47,578 nucleotides of DNA from Chloroflexota bacterium (GCA_017881905.1 JADGQI010000063.1:1-47578); one strand, 5' to 3'. Numbered from the stretch's first letter, positions 1 through 10,747 are shown. The notes: a model not told the origin generated them from the letters alone. Translations and numbers: made by a program.

Positions 1-514
1 CGCCCTCGATCTGCTCGACGGCAGCGATGTGCATGACCGTCGGGAAGGCGTCGTTCGAGGACTGGCTGAGGTTGACGTCGTCGTTCGGATGGATCGGCCG
101 CTTGCCGCCCCGTCCCGCGCCCGCGAGCTCGTTGGCCCGGCTCGCGACGACCTCGTTGGCGTTCATGTTCGTCTGGGTGCCCGACCCGGTCTGGAACACG
201 ACCAGCGGGAACTCGGTATCGAGCCCGCCGTCGACGACCTCGCGCGCGGCACGCTCGATGAGGTCGGCCTTGTCGGCGGGAAGGTGGCCGAGATCCGCGT
301 TTGCCCGGGCGGCCGACAGCTTGAGGATCCCGAGCGCCCGGATGACGGGACGGCCCCAGGTGAACCGGCCGACACCGATCCGGAAGTTGTCGACGGACCG
401 CTGTGTCTGGGCGCCCCAGTAGCGCTCCGCGGGGACGCGAACGTCACCGAGCGCGTCGTGCTCGGTCCGGTAGGCCGCTGGCTCGATCGCATCGGGCGGC
501 TGGCTGGACGGCAT
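1..514 (-). CDS. fumC: Class II fumarate hydratase, 5' part (runs off window edge)
   Basis: Not in the ORF track. Manual translation from ATG at 514 gives [40 protein letters not shown]...[21 protein letters not shown]...[24 protein letters not shown], which carries fumarase signature motifs. Confidence 0.93.
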   Translation of the reverse strand, partial: MPSSQPPDAIEPAAYRTEHDALGDVRVPAERYWGAQTQRSVDNFRIGVGRFTWGRPVIRALGILKLSAARANADLGHLPADKADLIERAAREVVDGGLDTEFPLVVFQTGSGTQTNMNANEVVASRANELAGAGRGGKRPIHPNDDVNLSQSSNDAFPTVMHIAAVEQIEG

Positions 515-520
515 GTCCCG

Positions 521-538
521 AGTGTACGGCGCTACAAT
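521..538. promoter_or_regulatory. Back-to-back -10 elements for two leaderless divergent genes
   Basis: TACACT on - (521-526) lies 6 nt before the fumC ATG; TACAAT on + (533-538) lies 7 nt before the ATG at 546. Neither gene has an SD. Confidence 0.6.
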
Positions 539-545
539 CCGGCCG

Positions 546-1328
546 ATGTCATCGACCCGCCTGTGGGATCGCGCCGCCAGCCTGCCGGACGGGGTCGACG
601 GCCGGGATCGGCCCGAGCTCGCCAGTCTCCCGGCCGGTCTCCCGAGCGTCGATACCCTGTTCACCTTCGCCCGGGATGCCGAGCTCCGGTTCGAGACGCT
701 CCGGCTGCGGATCGAGGAGCGGACCTGGACCGCCCGGGGCGAACAACTCAGCGTGATCGAGACGGCGCTCCGCCACCCGGGCCACGCTCGGGTCACGACC
801 ACCCAGCCGAGTCTCGGGATCGCCGCGGCGTACGAGACGTGGGTGTCCGACGGCGAGACCGTCCGAACGTACTCCGCGCCCCACCGACTCGGGACCGAGC
901 GTCCCGTCCGCCGGATGGTGGTCGGGCTCGAGGACCGCGATCTGCCCGGGATGTCGACCGTCTATCGGCCGCTCACGGCGCTGCCAAAGGAGACCCTCCC
1001 CGACACGTTCGTGCACCCGGCCGGCTTCTGCCAGAACGTCCTCGCAACGGGCCGTTGCTGGGTGTCCGGGACGGCGTCCGTCGCCGACCGCGAGGCCGTC
1101 GTGGTCGAGTGCGATCACCCACGGACCATCGGCATCGCCGCGGACCGCCCCGACCACCACCTCGAGGTGGCGTTCGACCGTGAGACCGGCGTGATCGTCC
1201 GGTTGACCGAGACCATCGGCGGGGGCACCACGCGTGATGCCGTCGCGGTGGAGCTCGCGCCCGATGCGCCACTTCCGCCCACGGTGTTCGAGTTCAGCTT
1301 CCCGACGGATGCGACCCTGATCTACTGA
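546..1328 (+). CDS. LolA/LppX/RseB-like fold protein, function unknown
   Basis: [11 protein letters not shown] and C-terminal [17 protein letters not shown] resemble LolA-family motifs. Start taken at the second Met (546), after a -10 box. Confidence 0.55.
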   Translation: MSSTRLWDRAASLPDGVDGRDRPELASLPAGLPSVDTLFTFARDAELRFETLRLRIEERTWTARGEQLSVIETALRHPGHARVTTTQPSLGIAAAYETWVSDGETVRTYSAPHRLGTERPVRRMVVGLEDRDLPGMSTVYRPLTALPKETLPDTFVHPAGFCQNVLATGRCWVSGTASVADREAVVVECDHPRTIGIAADRPDHHLEVAFDRETGVIVRLTETIGGGTTRDAVAVELAPDAPLPPTVFEFSFPTDATLIY

Positions 1329-1695
1329 GCCGTCAGGTCTCGATCGCGAGCGGGACGACCGGCGGGCTCCGGCGTGGGCCCGATCGTACGGCACCACGGC
1401 GATCCCACCGCACCGTACCGTGCCACCCCCTATCCCAGCACCGATGCGAGGAGTATCGTGCCCGCCATCGTTCGCCCGCGAACCTGGCGTCAGCGCCCGG
1501 TTGACGTCCGAAAGGAGGGCCCGCGACCGAGCCCGCGTCCGCGCCCGTCATCGTTCGCACTGCAGCTGCGACCCGACCACACCTGTCCGTGGTCGGCGTC
1601 CGTTCGAGCCGGGGCTCCTTGAGGGAGGAGCCGCCGGTCCCGCGAGCCGGACCCGTTACCGTCCGGCCCGGGTTCGATGGTGAGGGAGAGTATCG

Positions 1696-3375
1696 ATGAC
1701 CCAACAGAAATCACGCGACGAACAGATCGCCCAGGACGTCAAGGATCTCCACGGGCTGGGATACGCCCAGGAGCTCTACCGGACGATGGGCGGGTTCTCG
1801 AACTTCGCGATCAGCTTCTCGATCATCTCCATCCTGACCGGCGCGGTCATCCTGTACGACTACGGACTGGCCTGGGGCGGCACGGCCGCCGTCCTCATCG
1901 GCTGGCCGCTGGTCACCGTGTTCGTCCTGCTCATCGCGGCGTCGATGGCCGAGATCGCCTCGGCCTACCCGACGGCCGGCGGGCTCTATTACTGGGCCAG
2001 CAAGATGAAGAACAAACGATGGGGCTGGTGGACAGCCTGGCTCAACCTGATCGGACAGTTCGCGATCGTAGCCGGGATCGACTTCGCGGCGGCCGCATTC
2101 CTGAACGCCACGATCATCACGCCGCTGCTGGCGAACGCCTCGATCGATTACCAGAACACGACACTGGTCTTCGGGCAAACGTGGCTGACCGGCCAGCTCC
2201 TGACGATGGGCATCCTGTTGCTCATCCAGCTGGCCCTGAATATCGCCGGGATCAACCTGGTCGCAGTGCTGAACCAGGTGAGCGTGTGGTGGCACATCGG
2301 CATCGTCGCGGCCGTCGTCATCCTCATCTTCCTGGCCGGCAAGCCCGACATCAGCGGGCTGACCTTGTTCAAGATCCAGCCGCAAGACGTGGCGGGTTCC
2401 TGGAACAACGACATCGGCCCGATCAGCCTGAAGTACGGGCCCGCCGTGTCGTACCCGCTGGTGCTCGCGTTCTTCTTCTCGCTCCTCCTCGCCAACTGGA
2501 CGTACACCGGCTATGACGCGTCGGCCCACGTCGCCGAGGAGACCGTCGGCGCTCGGATGTCAAGCGCCTGGGGCGTGTTCCTGTCCGTCGCGGTGTCAGC
2601 GGTCGTCGGGTTCATCTTCCTGTTCGCGCTGACGACCCACCTGCCGGCTCTCGGCGCATTGTTCCCGCAGACGCTGGACACGCCCGTCCAGGCGGCCGCC
2701 AGCCAGTACTACTTCGGGGGCGGCGTCGCTGTCATCGCCATCCTCCAATACAACCTCGACAGCATCGTGATCCTCGGCGTCGGGATGGGCGACCTCCTCG
2801 CCGCGGGGATCGCCATCGCGATGTCGTTCTGCGGCCTCGCCTCCGTGGCGGCGGCCGGGCGGATGTTGTTCGCGTTCAGTCGCGATGACGGGATCCCCGG
2901 TTCCGGCTGGCTCAAGAAGGTCTCACACCGGTATCGGACCCCGGCCAACGCGTTGACCGCGATCGTCGTGGTCGCATGGCTGTTTTGCGTCGCGGCCGGG
3001 ATCGTCGGCGGCGGCACGGCGATCGTCATCGTCACGGCGATCAGCACGATCTTCCTGTACGCGGCCTACGGCGTGGTCATCTACCTCGGAGCGACGACGA
3101 CGGACTGGCTCAAGGTCCGTGTCTGGAGCCTCGGTCGATTCTCCAAGCCGGTCGCCTACGTCGCCATCTTCTGGGTCATCGTCCTGATGGTCCTGTTCAG
3201 CTGGCCGACCTCGGGCAACATCTCGTTCCCGTTCATGGTCATCACGGTCCTGCTCCTCCTCATCTACTACTTCGGGTGGGCGAGGACGCGGTTCAAGGGA
3301 CCACAGGTCCAGGGCGCCGAGGCCGACCTGACCGAGCTCGAGCGCGAGTTCGACCAGGCTGCCAGCCAGCTCTGA
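1696..3375 (+). CDS. APC-family amino acid/polyamine permease
   Basis: About 12 hydrophobic segments; GYAQELYR, FSNFAISFSIIS, MAEIASAYPTAGGLYYWA and YTGYDASAHVAEET motifs; SD GAGGGAG. Confidence 0.93.
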   Translation: MTQQKSRDEQIAQDVKDLHGLGYAQELYRTMGGFSNFAISFSIISILTGAVILYDYGLAWGGTAAVLIGWPLVTVFVLLIAASMAEIASAYPTAGGLYYWASKMKNKRWGWWTAWLNLIGQFAIVAGIDFAAAAFLNATIITPLLANASIDYQNTTLVFGQTWLTGQLLTMGILLLIQLALNIAGINLVAVLNQVSVWWHIGIVAAVVILIFLAGKPDISGLTLFKIQPQDVAGSWNNDIGPISLKYGPAVSYPLVLAFFFSLLLANWTYTGYDASAHVAEETVGARMSSAWGVFLSVAVSAVVGFIFLFALTTHLPALGALFPQTLDTPVQAAASQYYFGGGVAVIAILQYNLDSIVILGVGMGDLLAAGIAIAMSFCGLASVAAAGRMLFAFSRDDGIPGSGWLKKVSHRYRTPANALTAIVVVAWLFCVAAGIVGGGTAIVIVTAISTIFLYAAYGVVIYLGATTTDWLKVRVWSLGRFSKPVAYVAIFWVIVLMVLFSWPTSGNISFPFMVITVLLLLIYYFGWARTRFKGPQVQGAEADLTELEREFDQAASQL

Positions 3376-3440
3376 TCCGGACGACGGAGCAAACGGAACG
3401 CGCCATCGCCTCGCGCGGTGACGCCGGGACTCGTAGCATC

Positions 3441-3468
3441 GGAGGGTCGGCCGCTTGGTCGGCCCTCC
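3441..3468 (+). promoter_or_regulatory. 12-bp inverted repeat just downstream of a putative -10 (TAGCAT, 3434-3439)
   Basis: ggagggtcggcc-gctt-ggtcggccctcc pairs with G-U wobbles and sits between the permease and the GS-like gene. Confidence 0.4.
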
Positions 3469-3511
3469 ACTCGCTTCCGCATCTCTCGAGCCCTCGGGCG
3501 AGGAGTCGACC

Positions 3512-4906
3512 ATGAGCAAGGATCACGGCCACGCCAAGCATCCCCGGCTCGAAGAGCTCGAGGCGCAGGTCCGCGACGGGCAGATCGACACCCTGATCGT
3601 CGCGATCACCGACATGCAGGGTCGGCTGATGGGCAAGCGCGTCCAGGCCCAGGCCTTCCTCAACGGGGTGATCGACCACGGCGCGCACTTTTGCACCTAC
3701 CTCCTCGGGACGGACATGGAGATGAACACGCCCGAGGGCTTCCGCCTGATGAACTGGGAGACCGGCTACGGGGACTGGATCGCGTCACCGGTCTGGGACA
3801 CCCTCCGAGTCGTCCCCTGGCTCGAGAAGACCGCCCTTGTCCTGTCCGACACGATCGACGAGGCGACCCACACCGAGATCCCGGTCTCGCCGCGGACGAT
3901 GCTCAAGCGGCAGGTCGCCGCGGCCGCCGACGCCGGCTACGTGATCAAGGCCGGCTCCGAGTTCGAGTACTACGTCCTGCGGACCAGCTGGGAGGATCAG
4001 CACCGGTCGGGCTGGGCGGTGCCCGAGCCGTTCGGGACGTACAACGAGGACTACCACCTCCTCCAGGCGACCAAGGCCGAGCCCCTGCACCGACTTCTTC
4101 GCAACCAGATGACCGAAGCGCGGATCCCGATCGAGTTCAGCAAGGGCGAGGCGGCCCCGGGCCAGCACGAGGTCAACATCCGCTACGACGAAGTCCTCGA
4201 GTCGGCCGATCGGAGCGTCATCTTCAAGCACGGCGCCAAGGAGATCGCCTACCTCAACGGCTGGGGGATCACGTTCATGGCCAAGCCCGACCATCGCTGG
4301 ACGGGCTCGTCGGGCCACCTCCACATGAGCATCTGGAACGACGATGGATCGAAGTCGCTGACCCACGACCCGAAGTCGGACGGGCCGTATGGGATGTCGA
4401 CCACGATGGCCCAGTTCATGGGCGGGATGATGCAGCTCGCCCGCGAGTTGGCGATCTTCTTCGCTCCGAACGTCAACTCGTACAAGCGGTTCGCGGCCCT
4501 GAGCTGGGCGCCGGTCAACGTCGTCTGGGGCCGGGACAACCGCACCACCGGATTCCGCGTCGTCGGCAATGGTCCCGCGCTCCACGTGGAGTGCCGGTTC
4601 CCGGGCGGCGACATGAACGCGTACCTGACCTATGCCGCGTTCGTCGGCGCGGGGCTCTACGGCATCCGCCACAAGGTCGCCCCGCCGGCGGAATACAAGG
4701 GCAACGGCTACGTGGCGACCGGCTGCGACCGGATGCCGCGCGCGCTGTGGGAGGCCACCCAGGCCCTGGAGCGCTCGGAGGCCGCCGTCGAGATCTTCGG
4801 CCAGGATGTCGTCGACCACTACCTCAACGCCGCCCGGGTCGAGCAGAATACCTACGACTCGGTCGTCCATCCCTGGGATCGCGAACGCTATCTCGAGCGG
4901 TCCTGA
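3512..4906 (+). CDS. Glutamine synthetase-like gamma-glutamyl-amine ligase (GlnA4/PuuA type)
   Basis: TDMQGRLMGKR, WETGYGD, EFEYY, KGEAAPGQHE, TFMAKP, GSSGHLHMS, NSYKRF, WGRDNRT, ECRFPGGDMN motifs; SD AGGAG before ATG 3512. Confidence 0.9.
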   Translation: MSKDHGHAKHPRLEELEAQVRDGQIDTLIVAITDMQGRLMGKRVQAQAFLNGVIDHGAHFCTYLLGTDMEMNTPEGFRLMNWETGYGDWIASPVWDTLRVVPWLEKTALVLSDTIDEATHTEIPVSPRTMLKRQVAAAADAGYVIKAGSEFEYYVLRTSWEDQHRSGWAVPEPFGTYNEDYHLLQATKAEPLHRLLRNQMTEARIPIEFSKGEAAPGQHEVNIRYDEVLESADRSVIFKHGAKEIAYLNGWGITFMAKPDHRWTGSSGHLHMSIWNDDGSKSLTHDPKSDGPYGMSTTMAQFMGGMMQLARELAIFFAPNVNSYKRFAALSWAPVNVVWGRDNRTTGFRVVGNGPALHVECRFPGGDMNAYLTYAAFVGAGLYGIRHKVAPPAEYKGNGYVATGCDRMPRALWEATQALERSEAAVEIFGQDVVDHYLNAARVEQNTYDSVVHPWDRERYLERS

Positions 4907-4915
4907 CGGCCATTC

Positions 4916-7900
4916 ATGCCTGACAAGCGCGGGTCCGGCAAGCACAAGCGATCGGCTCCGTCGGCGGCGACGAGCTCGACCAAGGACGCAGCCGCCCTTC
5001 GAGCGCGCATCGCCGAGCTCGAAGCGTTGGAGGCGGATCGCGAACGCGCGCTGAAGATCCAGGACGCGCTCTACCGGATCGCCGATGCCGCGAGCGGCGT
5101 CCATGACATGGCCGAGTTCTACCCGGCGATCCACCGGATCGTCGGCGAGCTCATGGACGCGGACAACTTCTACATCGCGCTCTACGACGACGAGCATCGG
5201 ACGATGGACTACCCGTACGCCGTCGATTCCGTCGACATGGACTTCCCGGCGCCCGGGTCATGGGAGGCGATCGGGACCGGCCAGGCACGTGGCACGACCG
5301 CGTATGTCCTCCGGACCGGTCGACCGGCGCACCTCACCGCCGAACGCTGGGAAGCGCTCATCGCGGAGGGAGAGATCGACCGGCTCGGCGCCCCGGCCGA
5401 GGACTGGCTCGGGGTCCCGCTCGTCGCCGAGGGCCAGCGGCTCGGCGTGCTCGTCGTCCAGACATATCAACCGGGCCAGCGCTATTCCGACGCCGACGTC
5501 GACCTGCTGGCATTCGTCGGCCAGCACGTCGCGACCGCGCTCAGCCGGGCACGGGCGATCGAGGAGACGCGCCAGCGCAACGCCGAGCTGGCGGTGATCA
5601 ACAGCGTCCAGGCCGGCCTTGCCGCCGAGCTCGACATGCAGGCGATGTACGACCTGGTCGGCGACAAGATCGCCGAGATCTTCGACACCCACGTCGTGGA
5701 CATCGCGATCTACGATCCCGACGTCGAGCTGCTGAGCTTCCCGTACGCGATCGAACGCGGCGTCCGGTCGTTCGACGACCCACGCCCACCGTGGGGCTTC
5801 CGGAAGCACGTCCTGAAGACCGGCGAGCCTCTGCTGATCGATGACCTGGGGCGTCAAGCGGCCGAGTACGGAGACCGGCTGACGCCGATGTCCGGGGAGC
5901 CGGCGAAGTCCATCGTCTTCGCCCCATTGGTCTCGAGTGGGAAGCCGATCGGGGTCGTCTCACTCCAGAACCTCGACCGCCAGCGGGCCTTCGATCGGGC
6001 TGACCTGGACCTGCTCGCGACCCTGACGACGAGCCTGAGCGTGGCGCTGGAAAACGTCCGTCTCCTCGACCAGACGCGTCAGCGCAACGCCGAGCTGGCG
6101 GTGATCAACAGCGTCCAGGCGGGCCTGGCAGCCGAGCTGGATATGCAGGCGATGTATGACCTCGTCGGCGACAAGATCGCCGAGATCTTCGACACGCATG
6201 TCGTGGACATCGCAACCTACGACCGGGAGGCGGACCTGCTCCACTTCCCGTACACGATCGAACGGGGTGTCCGGTTCCCGGACGAGCCGGTGGCCCCGTA
6301 CGGGTTCCGACGGCATGTCCTCGGGACCGCGGAGCCGCTCCTGATCGACGAGGTCGCGCGCCAGGCCGCCGAGTACGACAACCCCCTCACCCCGCTGGCG
6401 GGCGAGATGCCGAAGACCGCTGCCTTCGCACCCCTTATCTCCAGTGGCGTGCCGACCGGGATGATCTCGCTCCAGAACCTCGACCGGGAGCATGCCTTCG
6501 GACGGCCGGAACTGGAGCTGCTGAACACGCTGGCGGCCAGCCTGAGCGTCGCCCTCGAGAACGCCCGGCTCATCGATGAGACCCGTCGCCGTGCCGCGGA
6601 GCTCGCGATCGTCAACAGCGTCGGGCAGGCGCTTGCGTCACACCTCGATCTCGACGCGCTGATCGCGCAGCTCGGCGACCAGATGGTCTCTACGTTCGGA
6701 GCTGACCTGGTCTACGTGGCGCTCCACGACACGGAGACCGACCTCATCGAGTTCCCGTACTACTACGAGGGCAGGCAGACCGAGCCCCAGGCACCGCTGC
6801 CGTTCGGCAAGGGCCTGACGTCGAGGATCCTGCAGACCCGCGAACCGCTGCTCCTCAACCAGGCAGCCCAGTTCGAGGCGCTCGAGACCCGCGGGGTCGG
6901 CACCCAGGCGAGTTCGTACCTCGGTGTGCCGATCACCGTCGGCGACACGGCCATCGGCGTCATCAGCGTCCAGAGCCTCCACCACGTCGGCCGGTTCGGC
7001 GAGTCGGATACCCGCTTGCTGACGACGCTCGCCGCCAACGTGGGCGTCGCGATCCAGAACGCCCGCCTGTACCGGGACGCCCAGCGCCGGGTAAGCGAGA
7101 TGGCCGCCCTTGCCGAGGTGGGCGCCGAGATCTCCTCGATGCTCGAGCTCGGTCCGGTCCTCGAGCGGATCGGAGAACGGGCGAAGGCACTCCTGGCGGT
7201 CGACACGAGTGCGGTCTTCCTGGCGGATCCCGACGGGGTGACGTTCCGCCCGATCGTGGTCCTCGGCGAGAACTCCGAGGAGATCCGGAATGACACGGTT
7301 CAGCTCGGTGAAGGGATCATCGGCGACCTCGCCCGGCGGGCAGAGGCCGGAGTCGTCAATGACGTCCTGGCCGACCTGCGGTCCGTGCCGATCCCGGGAG
7401 TGAAGGGCCAGGACGAGGTCGAGGAGCGCCTCATGGCCGCTCCTTTGATCGCTCGAGGCACGGTCATCGGGATGACGGCAGTCTGGCGAGCGGTCCCCGG
7501 GGCATCGTTCAGCCAGGCCGACCTCGACTTTCTCGCCGGCCTGTCTCAGCAGGCGGCCATCGCCATCGAGAACGCCCGCCTGTTCGAAGAGGGTGCAGCG
7601 GCCCAGCAGGCGGCCGAGGACGCCAACCAGGCCAAGAGCACGTTCCTCGCGGCGATGAGCCACGAGATCCGGACGCCGATGAACGCGATCATCGGGATGA
7701 GCGGGCTCCTGCTCGACACGCCGCTCAGCGACGAGCAACGGGATTACGCCGAGACGATCACGACCTCGGGCGAGGCGTTGCTCACGATCATCAACGACAT
7801 CCTCGACTTCTCGAAGATCGAGGCCGGCAAGATCGACCTGGAGTCGTCGCCGTTCGCGCTCGGTGCGTGCATCGAGGGCGCGCTCGACATGATCGCCCCA

Positions 7901-9214
7901 CTCGCGGCGAACAAGGGCGTCGAGCTCGCCTATGCGATCGACCCCGGCCTGCCCGCGGTGGTGGTCGGCGATGGCGGCCGGCTCCGCCAGATCGTGCTCA
8001 ACCTCCTGTCGAACGCCGCCAAGTTCACCGAGCGCGGCGAGATCGTCCTTCGGGTCGCGGGCCGGCGACTCGACACCGGCGCAGCCGGCGGACCGGGACG
8101 CTGGGAGATCACGATCGAGGTCCGGGACACGGGGATCGGGATCCCGGCCGAGCGGATGAACCGCCTGTTCCGGTCGTTCAGCCAGGGTGACCTGTCGATC
8201 TCGCGTCGCTATGGCGGCACCGGGCTCGGCCTCGCGATCAGCCGACGACTGGCGGAGCTCATGGACGGCTCACTCGTCGCGGAGAGCACCGGGATCGACG
8301 GCGAGGGCAGCTTGTTCCGGGTCGCGATCCGGGTGGATGCCGCCTCCGAGCTGGATCTGGCGCCTGATCGCGCCGGACCCCTCCCGGAGCTGGTCGGGCG
8401 GAAGGTGCTCGTGGTCGACGACAACGCCACCAACCGGCAGATCCTCGTCGCGCAGACCGGACGTTGGGGGATCGTCAGCCGGGACACGTCGTCGCCGCAC
8501 GAGGCACTCGGCTGGGTGGAGGGCGGCGAGACCTTCGACGTTGCGCTCCTCGACCTCAACATGCCCGAGCTCGACGGCTACACGCTGGCCGACCGGATCC
8601 ACGCGAGTGAGACCGGCGCCGGGACCCCCATCGTGATCCTGTCGTCGGTCGGCAGCCGGGATCGCGAGGCCCCGTCTATCGCCGCGTTCCTGACCAAGCC
8701 CGTCAAGCCCTCGGCGCTCCACGACACCTTGATGACCGTCCTGCACGGAGCCGAGAAGGCCCCCTCGGTCCGCCTGTCCGAGCGACCGAGCGCAGACCCG
8801 GAGCTCGGACGGCGGCACCCGCTGCGGATCCTCCTGGCCGAGGACAACGCGGTCAACCAGAAGCTGGCCATCCGGCTGCTTGCCCAGATGGGCTACGACG
8901 CCGACATCGCCGGGAACGGCCTCGAGGCGATCGCCGCGCTCGAACAGGTGCCCTACGACGTGATCCTGATGGATGTCCAGATGCCAGAGCTCGACGGTCT
9001 CGGGGCGACACGACGGATCCGAGCCGGCGACGGCCCTCGGCGTGACGTGCGGATCGTCGCGATGACCGCGAACGCCCTGGCGGGCGATCGCGAGGCATGC
9101 CTCGAGGCGGGGATGAACGACTACGTCTCCAAGCCGATCCGGCCCGCCGAGCTCGCAGCCGCGCTCGCCGCGACCCCGACCGCCAGCTCGGATGGACAGG
9201 CCTCCGATGGCTGA
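4916..9214 (+). CDS. Cytoplasmic hybrid histidine kinase: 5 GAF + HisKA + HATPase + 2 REC
   Basis: Repeated GAF modules ending VALENARL-like; H-box [14 protein letters not shown]; N-box [10 protein letters not shown]; G-boxes DTGIG and YGGTGLGL; two receivers (VLVVDDN..LLDLNMP, ILLAEDN..LMDVQMP); no TM segment. Confidence 0.95.
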   Translation: MPDKRGSGKHKRSAPSAATSSTKDAAALRARIAELEALEADRERALKIQDALYRIADAASGVHDMAEFYPAIHRIVGELMDADNFYIALYDDEHRTMDYPYAVDSVDMDFPAPGSWEAIGTGQARGTTAYVLRTGRPAHLTAERWEALIAEGEIDRLGAPAEDWLGVPLVAEGQRLGVLVVQTYQPGQRYSDADVDLLAFVGQHVATALSRARAIEETRQRNAELAVINSVQAGLAAELDMQAMYDLVGDKIAEIFDTHVVDIAIYDPDVELLSFPYAIERGVRSFDDPRPPWGFRKHVLKTGEPLLIDDLGRQAAEYGDRLTPMSGEPAKSIVFAPLVSSGKPIGVVSLQNLDRQRAFDRADLDLLATLTTSLSVALENVRLLDQTRQRNAELAVINSVQAGLAAELDMQAMYDLVGDKIAEIFDTHVVDIATYDREADLLHFPYTIERGVRFPDEPVAPYGFRRHVLGTAEPLLIDEVARQAAEYDNPLTPLAGEMPKTAAFAPLISSGVPTGMISLQNLDREHAFGRPELELLNTLAASLSVALENARLIDETRRRAAELAIVNSVGQALASHLDLDALIAQLGDQMVSTFGADLVYVALHDTETDLIEFPYYYEGRQTEPQAPLPFGKGLTSRILQTREPLLLNQAAQFEALETRGVGTQASSYLGVPITVGDTAIGVISVQSLHHVGRFGESDTRLLTTLAANVGVAIQNARLYRDAQRRVSEMAALAEVGAEISSMLELGPVLERIGERAKALLAVDTSAVFLADPDGVTFRPIVVLGENSEEIRNDTVQLGEGIIGDLARRAEAGVVNDVLADLRSVPIPGVKGQDEVEERLMAAPLIARGTVIGMTAVWRAVPGASFSQADLDFLAGLSQQAAIAIENARLFEEGAAAQQAAEDANQAKSTFLAAMSHEIRTPMNAIIGMSGLLLDTPLSDEQRDYAETITTSGEALLTIINDILDFSKIEAGKIDLESSPFALGACIEGALDMIAPLAANKGVELAYAIDPGLPAVVVGDGGRLRQIVLNLLSNAAKFTERGEIVLRVAGRRLDTGAAGGPGRWEITIEVRDTGIGIPAERMNRLFRSFSQGDLSISRRYGGTGLGLAISRRLAELMDGSLVAESTGIDGEGSLFRVAIRVDAASELDLAPDRAGPLPELVGRKVLVVDDNATNRQILVAQTGRWGIVSRDTSSPHEALGWVEGGETFDVALLDLNMPELDGYTLADRIHASETGAGTPIVILSSVGSRDREAPSIAAFLTKPVKPSALHDTLMTVLHGAEKAPSVRLSERPSADPELGRRHPLRILLAEDNAVNQKLAIRLLAQMGYDADIAGNGLEAIAALEQVPYDVILMDVQMPELDGLGATRRIRAGDGPRRDVRIVAMTANALAGDREACLEAGMNDYVSKPIRPAELAAALAATPTASSDGQASDG
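5567..6580 (+). repeat. Intragenic tandem duplication of a GAF module (507-nt period)
   Basis: [47 protein letters not shown] is identical at 5567 and 6074, and the rest of the two modules is similar. Confidence 0.9.
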
Positions 9215-9572
9215 TGAGACGCTGGATCGGACCGCGCTCACGGTGTTGCTGGACACCGTCGGCGACGATCGCGAGTTCCTCAGCGAGCTGATCGAGACGT
9301 ACCTGGCAGACGGTCCAGCCCTGTTCGTCGAGCTCCGCGGCGGCCTGGCCTCCGGGGACGTCACCGCCGTCCGTCGCGCCGCCCACACGCTGAAGTCGAC
9401 CAGTGCCACCTTCGGGGCGATGCGCCTAGCCGGGTTGGCGCGCGAGATCGAGACCGCGGCGGCCGACGACGACCTCGTCGATCTCGGACCGCGGATCGAA
9501 GCGGCCCAGGCCGAGTTCGACCTCGTCGGCGGTCAGCTCCGGGCGGCCGCGGAGCCGGGTGTCGCCTCGTGA
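9207..9572 (+). CDS. Hpt phosphotransfer protein
   Basis: [16 protein letters not shown] Hpt motif; overlaps the kinase stop. Confidence 0.92.
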   Translation: MADETLDRTALTVLLDTVGDDREFLSELIETYLADGPALFVELRGGLASGDVTAVRRAAHTLKSTSATFGAMRLAGLAREIETAAADDDLVDLGPRIEAAQAEFDLVGGQLRAAAEPGVAS

Positions 9573-9582
9573 GGGAAGGAAC

Positions 9583-10698
9583 GTGAGCGGAGCGACCGGC
9601 CGGATCCTCGTCGCCGACGACACCGCTCTCAATCGCTCGATCCTCGACCGCGCGCTCCGCGCCCAGGGCCACGAGGTGATCGAGGCGGAGAACGGACGGA
9701 TCGCGCTCGAGATCCTCCGTGCCGCGGGGGACCCGCCGATCGACATCGTCCTGCTGGACATCGAGATGCCCGAGATGGACGGCTACGAGACGCTCCGCCG
9801 GATCAAGGCGGACCCCGACCTGCGGGACCTGCCGGTGATCGTGATCTCGGCGGTCGATGAGCTGGCGAGCGTCGTCCGCTGCATCGAGATGGGGGCGGCC
9901 GACTACCTGCCCAAGCCCTTCGAGGGAGCGATCCTGCGGGCGCGTGTCGAGGCGTCGCTCACGGCCAAGCGTCTGCGCGACGCCGAACGGGGCCTTCTCC
10001 AGACGATCGAACGCCAGCGGACCGAGCTCGCCCGATTCTTGTCGCCGCAGGTCGGGGCGCTCATCTCCAGCCCGGACGGGGAGGCGCTGCTGGCCGGGCA
10101 CCGACGGCCGGTGACGGCGGTCTTCTGCGACCTGCGCGGGTTCACCCCCTTCTCCGAAGGAGCCGCACCGGAGGAGGTCCTCGGCGTGCTGCGCGACTAC
10201 CACCGGGCCATGGGCGAGGAGATCGTCGCCAACGGCGGCACCCTCGAGCACTTCGCCGGCGACGGGATGCTCGTCTTCTTCAACGATCCCATCGAGCAAC
10301 CCGACCACGTCGCCCGTGCCGTGCGGATGGCCGTCGCGATGCGGCGGCGATTCGACGCACTGCGACCGTCGTGGCCGGAGCGTGGCCGAGAACTCGGGTT
10401 CGGGGTGGGCGTCGCCGAGGGTCACGCGACGATGGGCCGGATCGGGTTCGAGGGTCGTTATGACTACGCGGCGGTCGGGACCGTGGTCATCATGGCCTCG
10501 CGCCTGAGCAGCGATGCCGCCTCGGGCCAGATCCTGCTCAACCGGAGGGCCTTCGCGGCGGTCCAGGACCTGGTCGACGGTCGGTCCGTCGGCGATCTCA
10601 GCCTCAAGGGCTTCAGCCGACCGGTCCCGGTCTTCGAGGTCCTGGATCTCGTGGAGCCAGCGACCCGACTCGCCGGTGGCGTACGCTCACACGTATGA
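9583..10698 (+). CDS. Response regulator with class III nucleotide cyclase output domain
   Basis: REC domain (ILVADD, LLDIEMPEMDG, DYLPKP) followed by VTAVFCDLRGFT, FAGDG, ASRL and LKGF cyclase motifs; GTG start after SD GGAAGGA. Confidence 0.9.
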   Translation: MSGATGRILVADDTALNRSILDRALRAQGHEVIEAENGRIALEILRAAGDPPIDIVLLDIEMPEMDGYETLRRIKADPDLRDLPVIVISAVDELASVVRCIEMGAADYLPKPFEGAILRARVEASLTAKRLRDAERGLLQTIERQRTELARFLSPQVGALISSPDGEALLAGHRRPVTAVFCDLRGFTPFSEGAAPEEVLGVLRDYHRAMGEEIVANGGTLEHFAGDGMLVFFNDPIEQPDHVARAVRMAVAMRRRFDALRPSWPERGRELGFGVGVAEGHATMGRIGFEGRYDYAAVGTVVIMASRLSSDAASGQILLNRRAFAAVQDLVDGRSVGDLSLKGFSRPVPVFEVLDLVEPATRLAGGVRSHV

Positions 10699-10747
10699 CA
10701 CGGGATCGGCCGCCTGGGCGGCGACCGCAATCGGAGGACCGGCCACG

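Noticed and set aside
29-1183. 384-aa + strand ORF
   Set aside because: Antisense shadow of fumC running into an off-frame overlap with the 546-1328 gene; no motifs.
1350-3390. gACGAc motifs near 1352 and 3379 resembling guanidine-II riboswitch loops
   Set aside because: Single hairpins with only 1-2 closing pairs; the riboswitch needs two tandem ACGR hairpins just before an SD.
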